From positions 75,206,001 through 75,270,000 of the forward strand of contig NW_027362772.1 of assembly GCF_046119375.1 (NCBI RefSeq): a stretch of 64,000 nt of DNA, written 5' to 3'. The position numbers were made by a program, and so were the translations under genes. The notes under the pieces were generated by a model. The model was not told where the DNA came from. It saw only the letters and a program-made list of their open reading frames with translations, and ran no database searches. Positions 11,369 to 22,256 of the stretch are shown here, in pieces (position 1 is the stretch's first letter; each line of letters begins with the position of its first letter). This DNA is from Phyllobates terribilis (taxonomy: Eukaryota).

Positions 11369-14300
11369 TTACTCTCCCCAGGATGACACAGGGGTAGAAA
11401 AGTCGTTTCGGATCCATGATTTGTTCATCTTTATGAACGTGAGTCTGTCTACATTATCAGTGGAGAGCCGCGTGCGCTTATCTGTCAGCACACCACCAGC
11501 AGCGCTGAACACACGTTCAGACAGAACGCTGGCTGCGGGGCATGACAAGATCTCCAAGGCGTAAGTGGCTAGCTCCGGCCATTTATCCAGATTGGAAGCC
11601 CAAAAAGAGCAAGGGTCCAGTGACACAGTCGTGGCTTCAATGTTTACTTGGAGATACTCCTGTACCATCGTCTCTAGGCGTTGACTATGTGTCAGACTTC
11701 TTGTCTCCTGTGGCCTTGCAAAGGATGGGCTAAAAAAGTGGTGAAATGATTCCGCAAAATTGATGTTACCAGCAGATACTGTGGTTCTGTTACGGTTTGA
11801 GTGCTGAACACTTGACGGTCCCACGGTTGGCAAGTTGGAACTGTGAGATTCACTACGTGCACCACTGGTATTTTGTGGAAAAGCACATGTAAGATTCTGC
11901 AACAGTCTCTGCTGATACTCCTGCATGCGTGCATCCCTTTCTATGGCAGGAATAATTTCTGCAAATTTACTTTTGTACCGGGGATCTAACAGTGTGGCAA
12001 CCCAGTAGTCAGGATTATTTCTAATTCTCACAATTCGAGGGTCATGTTGCAGGTAGTGCAGCAAGAAGGCACTCATGTGTGTTGCGCATCCAGGAGCACC
12101 AAGTCCCTGTTGTGTTGGTGGCGAGGTAACAATCATGCTTCCTTCCTCTGTCCTCTCCCCCCAACCTCGCACAACAGAAATGTGATCAAAGTCTCCCTCA
12201 TCTGATGAGTCTTCCATCAGTTCGTCCTCCACTTCTTCCTGGGCTCCTGCACCTTCCTCACTAGTTTGGCTGCTACCATGCGCCCTGGTAAAACCATCTC
12301 CCCCACCCTCACATGCCTGCCGCCTTGGTGCTGCCGACCGTCTGGACCTTGCAGATGTTAGCCCTTCCGCATACAACTCCTCCTCCTCTACTTCCTCCAC
12401 CTCCTCTTGTGCCACCACCTGACTCCGAATTCTGTTTAACATGTGCTCCAGCATGTAAATCACCGGAATAGTCATGCTGATAATGGCATCGTCAGCACTA
12501 AACATCTTCGTCGCCATTTCAAAACTGTGCAGAAGGGTGCATAGGTCCCTGATCTGAGACCACTCCTCCAGCGTGATTTGCCCCACCTCTGAATCTCGTT
12601 GGCCCAGGCTATACGTCAGAACGTATTGCACCAGGGCTTGTCGGTGCTGCCACAGTCGCTGCAACATGTGCAGAGTTGAATTCCACCGGGTAGGCACATC
12701 GCATTTTAGCCGGTGAAGTGGCAGGCCCAACGACTTCTGTAGAGATGTAAGTCGTTGAGCTGCGGGATGCGAACGGCGGAAGTGAGCACACAGCGACCGT
12801 GCCCTCTGCAGAAGGCCATCTAGTCTGGGATAGTGGGCTAAAAATTGCTGGACAACCAGGTTCAACACGTGAGCCATACAAGGCACGTGTGTGACATTGC
12901 CCCGGCGAAGGGCCGCACCCAGGTTTGCAGCATTGTCGCACACGGCCTTCCCTGGTTTCAGGTCCAGTGGAGACAACCATTCATGAAATTGGTTCTCCAG
13001 AGCTGACCACAACTCCTCAGCTGTGTGACTCACATTTCCCAGACATTTCAATGTAAAAACCGCCTGATGACGTTGAGCCCTACTGCCAGCATAGTAAGGA
13101 GGTGTGCAGGATCCCTTCTGTGCAGTTAGAAAGCTTGTGGCATGACCAGACAGGCTTTGGGTGCAGGTGGAAGACCGAGAGGAGGTTGAGGAGGCAGAAG
13201 CAGTGGAGGAACTTTGACATAAAGAGGATTGACGCACAACTCGTGGGGACGGCAAGACTTGGACAGCAGCCCCTTGTCCTGCTGTCACCATAGTTACCCA
13301 GTGCCCAGTCAGCGACATGTAACGCCCCTGTCCATGCCTACTCGTCCAAGTGTCTGTGGTGAAATGCACCCTGTCACACACAGAGTTTCTCAAAGAAGCG
13401 GTGATGTTGTGTGCGACATGCTGGTGGAGCGCAGGCACACCTTTCTTTGAGAAGTAGTGCCGACTGGGCATCTGGTACTGGGGCACTGCGACGGACATAA
13501 GGTCTCGAAAATCCTCTGTGTCCACCAGGCGGAAAGGCAGCATTTCTGTAGCCAAGAGCTTGCAGATGGTGAAATTCAACCTCTTAGCTTTCTCATGGCT
13601 AGGAGGAAATGGTCTTTTACTTGTCCACATCTGAGGGACCGAGGGCTGGCTATTGTGCTTAGACGGGGTTGATAAGGGTGTCCCCGGCAAACTGACGGTC
13701 TGTGAGGAAGATGCAGGCGGACATGTTAGGTTGCCTTGATCCAAAGGTGGTGCTATCGATGTCGGACAGCGCTCAACACCAGCTGGTGTTACCACCTCCA
13801 AAGAAAATGATGACCTGCCAATCACGCTGGCTGTTGCGGGTAAAGAGGTGGCAGGTCTGCGCCCCAAAACAGGTGTGACTGCTGTCCCCCCAGTCACAGA
13901 GGATGAAGAGGCCGCGGATGCACAAGATATGGCAGACGGCGATTGGCCCAGCCGGCTAGACCGCATTGTAGCACACTGAGCTTCCCACTGCAACTTATGC
14001 TTCATGTCCATGTGCCGGTTCATGCATGAAGTACTCAAACTATGTATTTTTTGGCCTCTACTTAGCTTTTGCTGACAAATGTTACAGATAACACGAGTTG
14101 GGTCATCTTTATCGATCTGAAAAAATGCCCAGGCTATGCAAGGCTTAGCACCCATGCGACCTGAAGAGCCACCACGACTTGTGGTGAGAGGCAGAGTTGT
14201 GTTTGAGGATGCAGTTGTTGACGTGCTTCCAGTACTACGTCTCTGTCCAGGAAGGCGCAACCTGACCTCGTCGTCACTAGCATCTTCCTCCACCTCCTCT

Positions 14301-15049
14301 GCTGACCTCATCTCTTGGCTGACTGTGGGTTGACAGTAAGTGGGATCTCCGACCTCATCATCATCACCCTGTGCGTTATCACACCCGTCGTCCTCAGAGC
14401 CAACCTGTTCCTGCCCTGACAAAAAACTAAAGTTGTCGCTCCAATCAGGTATTTGAGTCTTATCATCGTCTTCCTCATTGTCTCCACCAACAGGAGTTAC
14501 AGTTTGGGAATGAGGGTCTACATTATGGTCAGAACCTTCTGCGTCTGGTCCTGGATCCGACTCATAAAGATTCTGGGCATCAGTGCAGATCATTTCCTCG
14601 TCTGGATTCACAGAAGCGCTGGAGTCGACCTCTGATTCCCAGGCTATAGTATGAGTAAACAGCTCTGCAGACTCAACCATCTGTTCTACCTCATACTCAG
14701 ACGGGCAGCTGGAGATTTGGGAGCTGTGAGGAAGCAAGTGCGATTTGGGTGACACCTTTGAGGACTGGAGTATTTGTGATGTTGAAGTTGATGTGGAGGA
14801 GAGCCCACTTAAAGGAGCACTTGATATCCGTTGAAGCACCTGCTGTTTTTGTGCCTCATCTGGAATTTGTAGCGATTGGCGTGGCCGTAAGAAAGGGATC
14901 TTATCACATTGTCCGCTAAAAGAAGTAGACATTTTAGTTTGGCTGGAAGATGGTCTTTCTTCTGCACCTACCCCACGGACACAACCTTTTTTCCCCTTCC
15001 CAACACGCCTATTCCCCTTTCCACCAGCAGCAGGCCTTTTTCCACTCAT
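11369..15049 (-). CDS. Intact hAT transposase (1226 aa, ZBED-like): basic N-terminus, acidic region, BED finger, RNase-H-fold DDE core, hATC domain
   Basis: Uninterrupted ORF. BED finger AWAFF...CNIC...CMNRHMDMKH. Catalytic motifs HFTTDTW, VCDNAAN, CMAH (CxxH), PTRWNST and SERVFS. C-terminal WPELATYALEILSCPAAS. Confidence 0.95.
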   Translation of the reverse strand: MSGKRPAAGGKGNRRVGKGKKGCVRGVGAEERPSSSQTKMSTSFSGQCDKIPFLRPRQSLQIPDEAQKQQVLQRISSAPLSGLSSTSTSTSQILQSSKVSPKSHLLPHSSQISSCPSEYEVEQMVESAELFTHTIAWESEVDSSASVNPDEEMICTDAQNLYESDPGPDAEGSDHNVDPHSQTVTPVGGDNEEDDDKTQIPDWSDNFSFLSGQEQVGSEDDGCDNAQGDDDEVGDPTYCQPTVSQEMRSAEEVEEDASDDEVRLRLPGQRRSTGSTSTTASSNTTLPLTTSRGGSSGRMGAKPCIAWAFFQIDKDDPTRVICNICQQKLSRGQKIHSLSTSCMNRHMDMKHKLQWEAQCATMRSSRLGQSPSAISCASAASSSSVTGGTAVTPVLGRRPATSLPATASVIGRSSFSLEVVTPAGVERCPTSIAPPLDQGNLTCPPASSSQTVSLPGTPLSTPSKHNSQPSVPQMWTSKRPFPPSHEKAKRLNFTICKLLATEMLPFRLVDTEDFRDLMSVAVPQYQMPSRHYFSKKGVPALHQHVAHNITASLRNSVCDRVHFTTDTWTSRHGQGRYMSLTGHWVTMVTAGQGAAVQVLPSPRVVRQSSLCQSSSTASASSTSSRSSTCTQSLSGHATSFLTAQKGSCTPPYYAGSRAQRHQAVFTLKCLGNVSHTAEELWSALENQFHEWLSPLDLKPGKAVCDNAANLGAALRRGNVTHVPCMAHVLNLVVQQFLAHYPRLDGLLQRARSLCAHFRRSHPAAQRLTSLQKSLGLPLHRLKCDVPTRWNSTLHMLQRLWQHRQALVQYVLTYSLGQRDSEVGQITLEEWSQIRDLCTLLHSFEMATKMFSADDAIISMTIPVIYMLEHMLNRIRSQVVAQEEVEEVEEEELYAEGLTSARSRRSAAPRRQACEGGGDGFTRAHGSSQTSEEGAGAQEEVEDELMEDSSDEGDFDHISVVRGWGERTEEGSMIVTSPPTQQGLGAPGCATHMSAFLLHYLQHDPRIVRIRNNPDYWVATLLDPRYKSKFAEIIPAIERDARMQEYQQRLLQNLTCAFPQNTSGARSESHSSNLPTVGPSSVQHSNRNRTTVSAGNINFAESFHHFFSPSFARPQETRSLTHSQRLETMVQEYLQVNIEATTVSLDPCSFWASNLDKWPELATYALEILSCPAASVLSERVFSAAGGVLTDKRTRLSTDNVDRLTFIKMNKSWIRNDFSTPVSSWGE

Positions 15050-15159
15050 TTTGGTGGTTAACTAATTCACAACTCTGGAGTTGTTTGCACAAAAAAACAA
15101 TGGATGGTAACCGAGCAGAGCTGAGTGGCCAAACTGTGGTATTAGGCCAAAACTATTGG

Positions 15160-15672
15160 CTGGGCTAGATGCAGAAAAAAATTATTTTTAATTTGCAACC
15201 TGATGGAGGTCAGTATAGATGGACTAATAGAACAAGTCCCACACGCTGCTAGAAGCCCAAATATTTTTTCAGAGATAAATGAAGAAAAAAATTATTTTTA
15301 ATTTGCAACCTGATGGAGGTCAGTATAGATGGACTAATAGACCAAGTCCCACACACTGCTAGAAGCCCAAATATTTTTTCAGAGCTAGATGCAGAAAAAA
15401 ATTATTTTTAATTTGCAACCTGATGGAGGTCAGTATAGATGGACTAATAGACCAAGTCCCACACACTGCTAGAAGCCCAAATATTTTTTCAGAGCTAGAT
15501 GCAAAAAAAAATTATTTTTAATTTGCAACCTGATGGAGGTCAGTATAGATGGACTAATAGACCAAGTCCCACACACCGCTAGAAGCCCAAATATTTTTTC
15601 AGAGCTAGATGCAGAAAAAAATTATATTCAGTTTGCAACCTGATGGAGGTCAGTATAGATGGACTAATAGAA
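15160..15672. repeat. 110-bp tandem repeat (~4.7 copies) upstream of the B transposase; single or partial copies at ~7700-7770 and ~11165-11290
   Basis: CTAGATGCAGAAAAAAATTATTTTTAATTTGCAACCTGATGGAGGTCAGTATAGATGGACTAATAG... at 15165, ~15275, 15385, 15495 and 15605. Confidence 0.93.
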
Positions 15673-16144
15673 TGATGCTATGCCCAAAAGATTTTACTTA
15701 ACTAGGTGCAGTAAAAAAATTGGTATTCTATACACAGGTGGTATATCTTGCAACACAGATAGGCTACTCCACTGACTAACACACTCTGCAATAGGCCAAA
15801 AAGGATTAGCTTTGCTAGATTCAGCCAAATGCTGTGAAAAAAACTTGCACAGCACTGGCACAGACCTGCCTGGCAAAAACTGATAGGAACTGATGTAACC
15901 TAGTCCTGAAAAGGACTCCAATTACAATTAGTCTTTACTCCCACAATCTATCTATTTAAGAGCACAGACCTGCCTGATAAAAGTCGTAGGAAATGCTGTA
16001 ACCTAGTCCTTAAAAGGACTGCAATCACAACTATTCCCTACTCCCAAGCTATCTGTATATTTGTGCGAAAATTGGCTTGAAATTAACAAGGTATAGCGCA
16101 CACAGCAACAGCGGTGCCGTCTAACACGCAGCTGCAGCAGTGAG

Positions 16145-16211
16145 AAAATGGTGGCGACGGGGAAAATGGCTTGGTCTTATAGGGCAAGGACATGTGACAT
16201 ACACTGCCAAT
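16145..16211 (-). promoter_or_regulatory. Putative Pol II promoter of the B transposase (inverted CCAAT, TATA-like, YY1-like)
   Basis: Minus strand reads ATTGG (16207-16211), TATAAGA (16176-16182), GCCATTTT (16163-16170). Same order and spacing as in element A. Confidence 0.5.
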
Positions 16212-16588
16212 CACACATGCCCTTGCTTGTGTGAAAAAAAGCACTTCGCTCCGTGTGTGCGCTGCTGATAGGCTGACAGATTGCACCTCCCCACTGCAAA
16301 TGCGGGAAAGAGAAAAAAAAATGGAGATCTTCATTGTTCCTGCAGAGATCCATCCCCTGCCCCTCCCCCCGCCCCGCTGTACACTCAAACTGCGTATTAA
16401 CATTAATTTTCATCATTACTGAGAAAAAATCCAGTTATGATTTTGGTGCACGAACAGTTATCGAACATAACCTCGAACAGCCGAATTTTTCTCAAATTGT
16501 TCGTGTTCGCCGACCGGCTCGAACACCGCCCAAAACAGCTCGAATTTGAGATTGGCGAACAGTTCGAGTAGAACAACGCTCATCTCTA

Positions 16589-16893
16589 CTCAGGACCTGA
16601 GAGGATCTGGAACTAATTGAAGTCGATGCGTTAGCTGCCATCCATCCGACAACGGCTTCAATTTGGTCCTCCCGCAGCAGTGGGGTACGGCTAGCTCCTA
16701 CAAAGCTGCGCATAAAGGACTGTTCCCTGGTAAAACTGGGCGATGCTGAGTCACTGGTGCCCGCAGCAGGCACAGAATCCCCACGTCCTCTCCCTGCAGG
16801 CACAGAATCCTCACGTCCTCTCCCTGCAGAAACTCCACGCCCACGTCCACGCCCACGCCCACGACCACATGCCTTATTCCCTGCCTTCTTCAT
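16589..16893 (-). pseudogene. N-terminal part of the element A transposase, separated from the rest by insertion of element B
   Basis: MKKAGNKACGRGRGRG...SSRSSQVLS joins in phase to VLSTEEHPSVSSP at 6894 once B and one TSD copy are removed. The reconstructed frame is 3399 nt (1132 codons plus stop). Confidence 0.9.
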
Positions 16894-17614
16894 CTTGGTA
16901 GACTGATAAAGATAGGCAGAAAAGTACTAAGGGCTTAGTGTGCTTATTCCTGAACAGCTGCTAACAGGTATAAGAAACACTAATTTTATAAAGTGTGGAC
17001 TAGACTTTAATATGAGCTAATGTGGCCTACACAACTGTAAAGTGGAGTGTTTGGTGAACTTTATTTAGGTTTTTTTGTCACAAAAAGACACTGGATGTGC
17101 CTAAAGATGTAATAACGATAGTATCACAAACTTTTTGTAGCTATTACAATGTAGGAAGGTAACCTACAATGCAATAGATGAGGCTGCAAAAAATAGGCTA
17201 ATACTAATCTGGCTGGGGCTGCAGGGCCCAATGCTGCAGAAAGGCTCCTCTAACTACTCCTGTATAGTGTGTTTGGAACCAATTTAGCTGAATACGGATG
17301 GAACCACCACACTAATAGGAGATATCAGGAAAAATTATGAATTGGCAAAAAAGGACAATGTATGAGGCAGTGACACACACTGAGTGCACTATAACCAGAC
17401 GTGGCTGAAGCACACACTACAGGGTGAGCTGCACTCACACACAGAGACCTTGCAGAAAGCGGTGAACAGCACAGAGAACTGTGCACTAGCACTGCAAGGC
17501 ACAGCGATTTATAAAGTAGCTTGGGTAAAGCAGAATAGACCAAATAGGTAGCTAAAACTGTCCCTCAGAACAACAGCATCCTATCCCTAACTGAATTCAC
17601 AGCAGAGTGAGCTC

Positions 17615-17668
17615 AAAATGGCGGCGGTGGCTTTTATAGTGCATCATGACATCATTTCAGCAGCCAAT
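17615..17668 (-). promoter_or_regulatory. Putative Pol II promoter of the A transposase (inverted CCAAT, TATA, YY1)
   Basis: Minus strand reads ATTGG (17664-17668), TATAAAA (17632-17638), GCCGCCATTTT (17615-17625, YY1 consensus). Confidence 0.55.
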
Positions 17669-20409
17669 CACAGCCATGCCATTAGTTAAGATACCTACAT
17701 ACCTAACAGGATGTGCCCACACTTCTTAGGATCCTCATTGGCTGAATAAAATAAAAATGGCTCATTGCATTATGGGAACTTCCGATTCCGGTATACGATA
17801 TTGCAAAAGTATCGGAATTAAGTATCGGAATTCCGATACCGCGAATTTCGGCCGATACCCGATATTTCAGTATCGGAATGCTCAACACTAGTTGTCAATT
17901 AAGACACACCATGTCTTATCAGATCACGCTAAAAATGCCTATTTTTACCTTCTATTGGGATGGTTGCTTTTTTCTCCTGCATGACTCTGCTTTTTTATGA
18001 TTGGTCAGCATCTCAGGGAGGAAAAAGTAACCGCCCCCAGAGAAGAATCTCTGCAATCCAACGCTGCAACTCTCATCCTGTCTCGGTGCGTTAATATTAT
18101 GAAGTGATGGGAGTGAGGAGTTCTCAGCGCAGTGAAGTCTTCCCAGATCAAGCTGAAAATGTCTGTTTTGTCTTCCTTTATGGACTTTTGCTTTTTACCA
18201 TTTTTTGAAGGTTGCCTTCTTATGAATGGGTAATGTCATAGAGGGGAAAAATGAAACGTCCCGAGAGGAGACTCTCTATTACCGCCAGTTGAAGGGTAAA
18301 TTTGAATATTGTTCACAATAAATTCAAAAGTCCATATCTCAAGAAGACTCCCATTGAGAAAAGTTGACGACCACACCCACTTGGTTAACAACACTAGATT
18401 TACATCCAGGGAATAGAAGGCCATATCTCAGGGATGGAGAGGTGCAGGAAGAAAAGAAATGCAACGCCGGATTCGGGAGACTAGTGACATTTACACTAGA
18501 TAAAGAAAATTAAGGTAAGTGATGTTATGCTTTTCTGAGGCCACAGACTCAAAAAGGCTAACTCGGACAGACTTGGTGCAAGTCACTTAGTCTGGTATGT
18601 TCCTGAGGAACCTCAGTCTTTATGTTTTAACCCCTGTACAGGGATCTGATCTTAAAACAGGGTCCACTGGATTGCTTCCATGGAAGAGCTGTTATCTAGA
18701 GGAGCGAACCAGAGGCTAGAGAATTGTTGGGTAGTCGGTTCAGAATCAGGATGTAGGGTCAAAAAGAAGTAAAGAAGGATAATAGTCAAAGAGCAAGCCA
18801 AGGTCAAAAATCAAGAATGTCCACTGGGAGAATAGCAAGGCACAAGTTACACAGAAGCAAGTCATATTATAACTGGCAGTGCACAGCAGGATTTCAGGAG
18901 CTTAAATAGCTTGCAGCCCAAATTAAAATTGTTGCCTCGTGTCACCTGCAACAAGGACGGGTAACGATACAGATGTCACAAATGACAGGTCTTTTTTTAT
19001 AAAAGGGTCTGGATTCTATTCTAATAACTAATGGTTTCTAGGGATATAATCATTCTAGCAATAAATGATGTATTATTGATCGAGATGGATTAAACTTGAT
19101 GAACCTGAGATATTTTCTATGGATGTAATAATAAAAGACATATTGCCAGAAGGATAACTGTAGACTAGGGCTGCTGCAATCTTGACATCAACATGGCTTG
19201 TATAATCATATTCTTGAGGTTTGTTAGAAAACACATAGTTCAAATACCCTACTAGGAAATAATTAACGGGAATCATTTATTCAGGACCTTCATCTAATAG
19301 ATGCAAACTTTTAATAACAAGTACATCTAGATATTGACATGGACACAGTAGTTGGAATCCAGAACCATTTCTTTCTCATCATTAAGAACAGTTTTCTTTC
19401 AAGCCTCTCAAAGGTGTCCGTTAACTAAAGTGGATCTGTATCCGAGGTGAACGGTCCCCTTTAATGGACAAATATATTTGAAGATACATCAACAGAGAAT
19501 TTCGGAGAAAAGCTATGAATCTCATCACATTTCAACCTTTACGATACTTCAAGTGCTCTATAGATAATATCACAGACTCGGAGCGAGCACCGGCTCAGAT
19601 CTACTGTCCATTGAGAGAAATGAATCATTTCTTCATTACAAGATTAAAAAAAAATAATAAATTAAATGCCATTTTACTTCAAATGGCATCTGAAGGATTT
19701 CCCGGCTTCTTCAGTTTATGATGCTTTCATAATAGTAACGGGATTAGACCTGATTAGCAGATATATATTCGTCTAGCACCTAGACTTGCAAAATGTAGCA
19801 ACATCAAACCTAGCCGGCCGTCATAACTTCAAAAATTTTATTTTATTTTTTTTTTTCTTAGAGAAGGAAATGTGTAATGGACGAGATACGAATTTCATCA
19901 CATTTACGATAGTTCACGTCCCGTAGATAACATCGTAGGCTCGGAAATGCTCCCTCAGGCCTTTGGGAAGATAATGAATAATTTCTTTATAACAGGATTT
20001 CAATGCTAAGTGAGATTTTATATCCTTCGCCTTTTCTTGATGTGATGCGGAGGCCACTTGTCATTTGCTGTGCCAATATAATCTGTAATGATCTTATAAT
20101 GTCTCTTTTACTTAAATTGGAAGCTGGTTGTTCATTATGTGCTTTATGGCTTTTTTCCCAGAATAATGTAAGAGTGAAACAAAGTAAACGGGGGACACAA
20201 AATACTGAATCTGTCTAAGTAGCCATTCAGCGGGAACTGTTTCTTTTTTGCCCATCATCCCAAGAGAGGGAATGCGACTGGGTCATTTGTGATACAGTAT
20301 GTTTGGAATAATATTTGTGCCAACAGCTAGTCCAACGGTGTACTCATTTATTTATAGTCAATAGTTGCCAAAAACAATGAAAAAAATGCTATAAAAACAC
20401 ATCAATGAC

Positions 20410-21090
20410 AAGCAAAACAATTAAAAAAAACTTTACAAGAACTCATAAGGGGCAAACAAAACAATACGAAAAGGTTCTCATAAAAAAAAACCATCAAGGG
20501 CAAGCAAAACAATACAAAAAAGTTATTACAAGAACCTATCATGAGCAAACAAAACAATAAAAAAAAGTTCTTACAAGAAACCAGCAGGGGAAAACAAAAC
20601 AATACAAAAAGGTTCTTACAAGAAACCATCAGGGGCTAACAAAACAATCCAAAAAAGTTATTTTAAAAACTAATCAGGGGGAAACAAAACAATACATAAA
20701 AGTTCTTAGAAGAAACCATCAGGAGCAAACAGAACAATACAAAAAAGTTCTAAGAAGAAACCATAAGGAGCAAACAGAACAATACAAAAAAGTTCTTAGA
20801 AGAAACCATCAGGGGAAAACAAAATAATATAAAAAAGTTCTTACAAGAAACCATCAGGGGAAAACAAAAAATCCAAAAAAAGTTCTTAGAAGAAACCATC
20901 AGGGGCAAACAAAACAATACAAAAAAGTTCTTAGAAGGAACCATCAAAGGAAAACAAAACAATACAAAAAAGTCCTTATAATAAGCCATCAGGGACAAAC
21001 AAAATAATACAAAAAAGTCCTTTCTAGAACCCATCAGGGGCAAATAAAACAATACAAAAAAGTGCTTATAAGAACCCATCCAGAGCAAAC
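20410..21090. repeat. 45-bp A-rich minisatellite, ~15 copies
   Basis: Unit AAAAAAGTTCTTAGAAGAAACCATCAGGGGCAAACAAAACAATAC at ~45-nt spacing. Confidence 0.93.
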
Positions 21091-22256
21091 ACTTAGCTTG
21101 ATGTCCTTCCCCCAAAGAGCTATACATGCATATGTCAAATGGCTGAAGTAATCATTCCTCTTCCTTAGAAGTGATATTTGTAAGATAGAATAATGGGTAT
21201 GTCAACCTTGGAGAAACATTTCACACTTTAATGAGTAGTTACAAAAGCAACTTTAGTGATCTATTCAATGGTGAACTATGAAATGTATGATCACTAAAAG
21301 TTCAGCTGCTGAGATCCCGAGATCCCAAGATCAGAAGAGCAGGGGGCCAACATTTCCTTGTGTGAATGGGGTGGTATTAAGTACTTGCAACCACCATGCC
21401 TACAGACAGTGAATAGAGCAGTGTTTGCGCATACTTAACACTAAATTCACACAGTGGACTTTGCACCCCATAATTTCATAGTTGCTGGGGGGTCTTAGTG
21501 GTCAGATCTCAAATCATACATACTGTAGCTATGGATAGGTGATATATGTTGTTTGTGGAAAATCCTCTTAAAATACGACCTTCCACCAGGTCAAAAGTGA
21601 CCACTCTGATTTTTCATTCCCGCTGGTCCTCTGAGCAATCCATTTTTAGTTCTTTATAAATTCATCATACAGTTCCAAAGATATGGTCCTTAATATTTGG
21701 TGCTAATTTTTTGTGCATGGCTCATTGGATCCTCTGGGGCGTGTCTTTACGCTTCTCTGCATCATTAGACTATAAGCAATGCCCACCTTGTAAAGACCAT
21801 AAAAAATAGTAATGGCCCATACCTCTGGAGGAAAAAAACTAGGAGTAAAAACTGATCTCTTTTGACATAATGACATGTCCTCTTTAACTAAAGAATAAAG
21901 TATAAATCTGCCTAAAAACAACAACATTGTAAAGTTCAGCCTGGGGTTCCTCGGACACACCAAAGGAAATGATTCTGAAGGCTTACCATTGTATACAGAA
22001 ATTAATACAGTTTAATAATTAATTTGAGAAACATAAGAGTTAGATCCTAATGGCAAGTGCTGCCTCCAAAGAAGTATGTCTTTCTCAAAGATTATTGTGT
22101 AAGAGCCTGGGACAGCAAGAGGATATTGTCATTGACGGGCCAATCCAATCCTGTATATAGCAAAGCTTGTTGTATATTATTTCTGAACTGTGACCTTTAT
22201 TATAGTCCTGAGCTGAACACACAATTCTGCAAACTTCAGACCTGTAGACTAGGTTT

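Larger units (their letters stand above)
6895..16588 (-). mobile_element. hAT DNA transposon B (9694 bp), complete, nested in the transposase gene of A
   Basis: TIRs TAGTGTTGAGC (6895) and GCTCATCTCTA (16578-16588). Perfect 8-bp TSD CTCAGGAC at 6887-6894 and 16589-16596. TTCG/CGAAC-rich subterminal regions at both ends. Confidence 0.96.
1..17890 (-). mobile_element. hAT DNA transposon A (host of the nest); left end lies upstream of the window
   Basis: Terminal GCTCAACACTA at 17880-17890 (reverse complement TAGTGTTGAGC) is preceded by clustered TATCGG/CCGATA subterminal motifs. Minus-strand transposase pseudogene runs from 16893 to 3793. The following 8-mer GTTGTCAA is the predicted TSD, with its partner not visible. 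Confidence 0.85.

Noticed and set aside
11369-15049. Domesticated host ZBED gene (ZBED1/4/6)
   Set aside because: It lies between TIRs with a perfect 8-bp TSD and is nested in another transposon, so no gene symbol is assigned.
18690-18970. Possible solo LTR (similar remnants at ~35830-36420, ~40760-41010 and ~49630-50200)
   Set aside because: LTR-like composition, but I could not establish termini or a TSD, so these are not listed as features.
20402-21127. Cys/Phe-rich repetitive ORFs
   Set aside because: Translation of the 45-bp minisatellite, open only because 45 is a multiple of 3.
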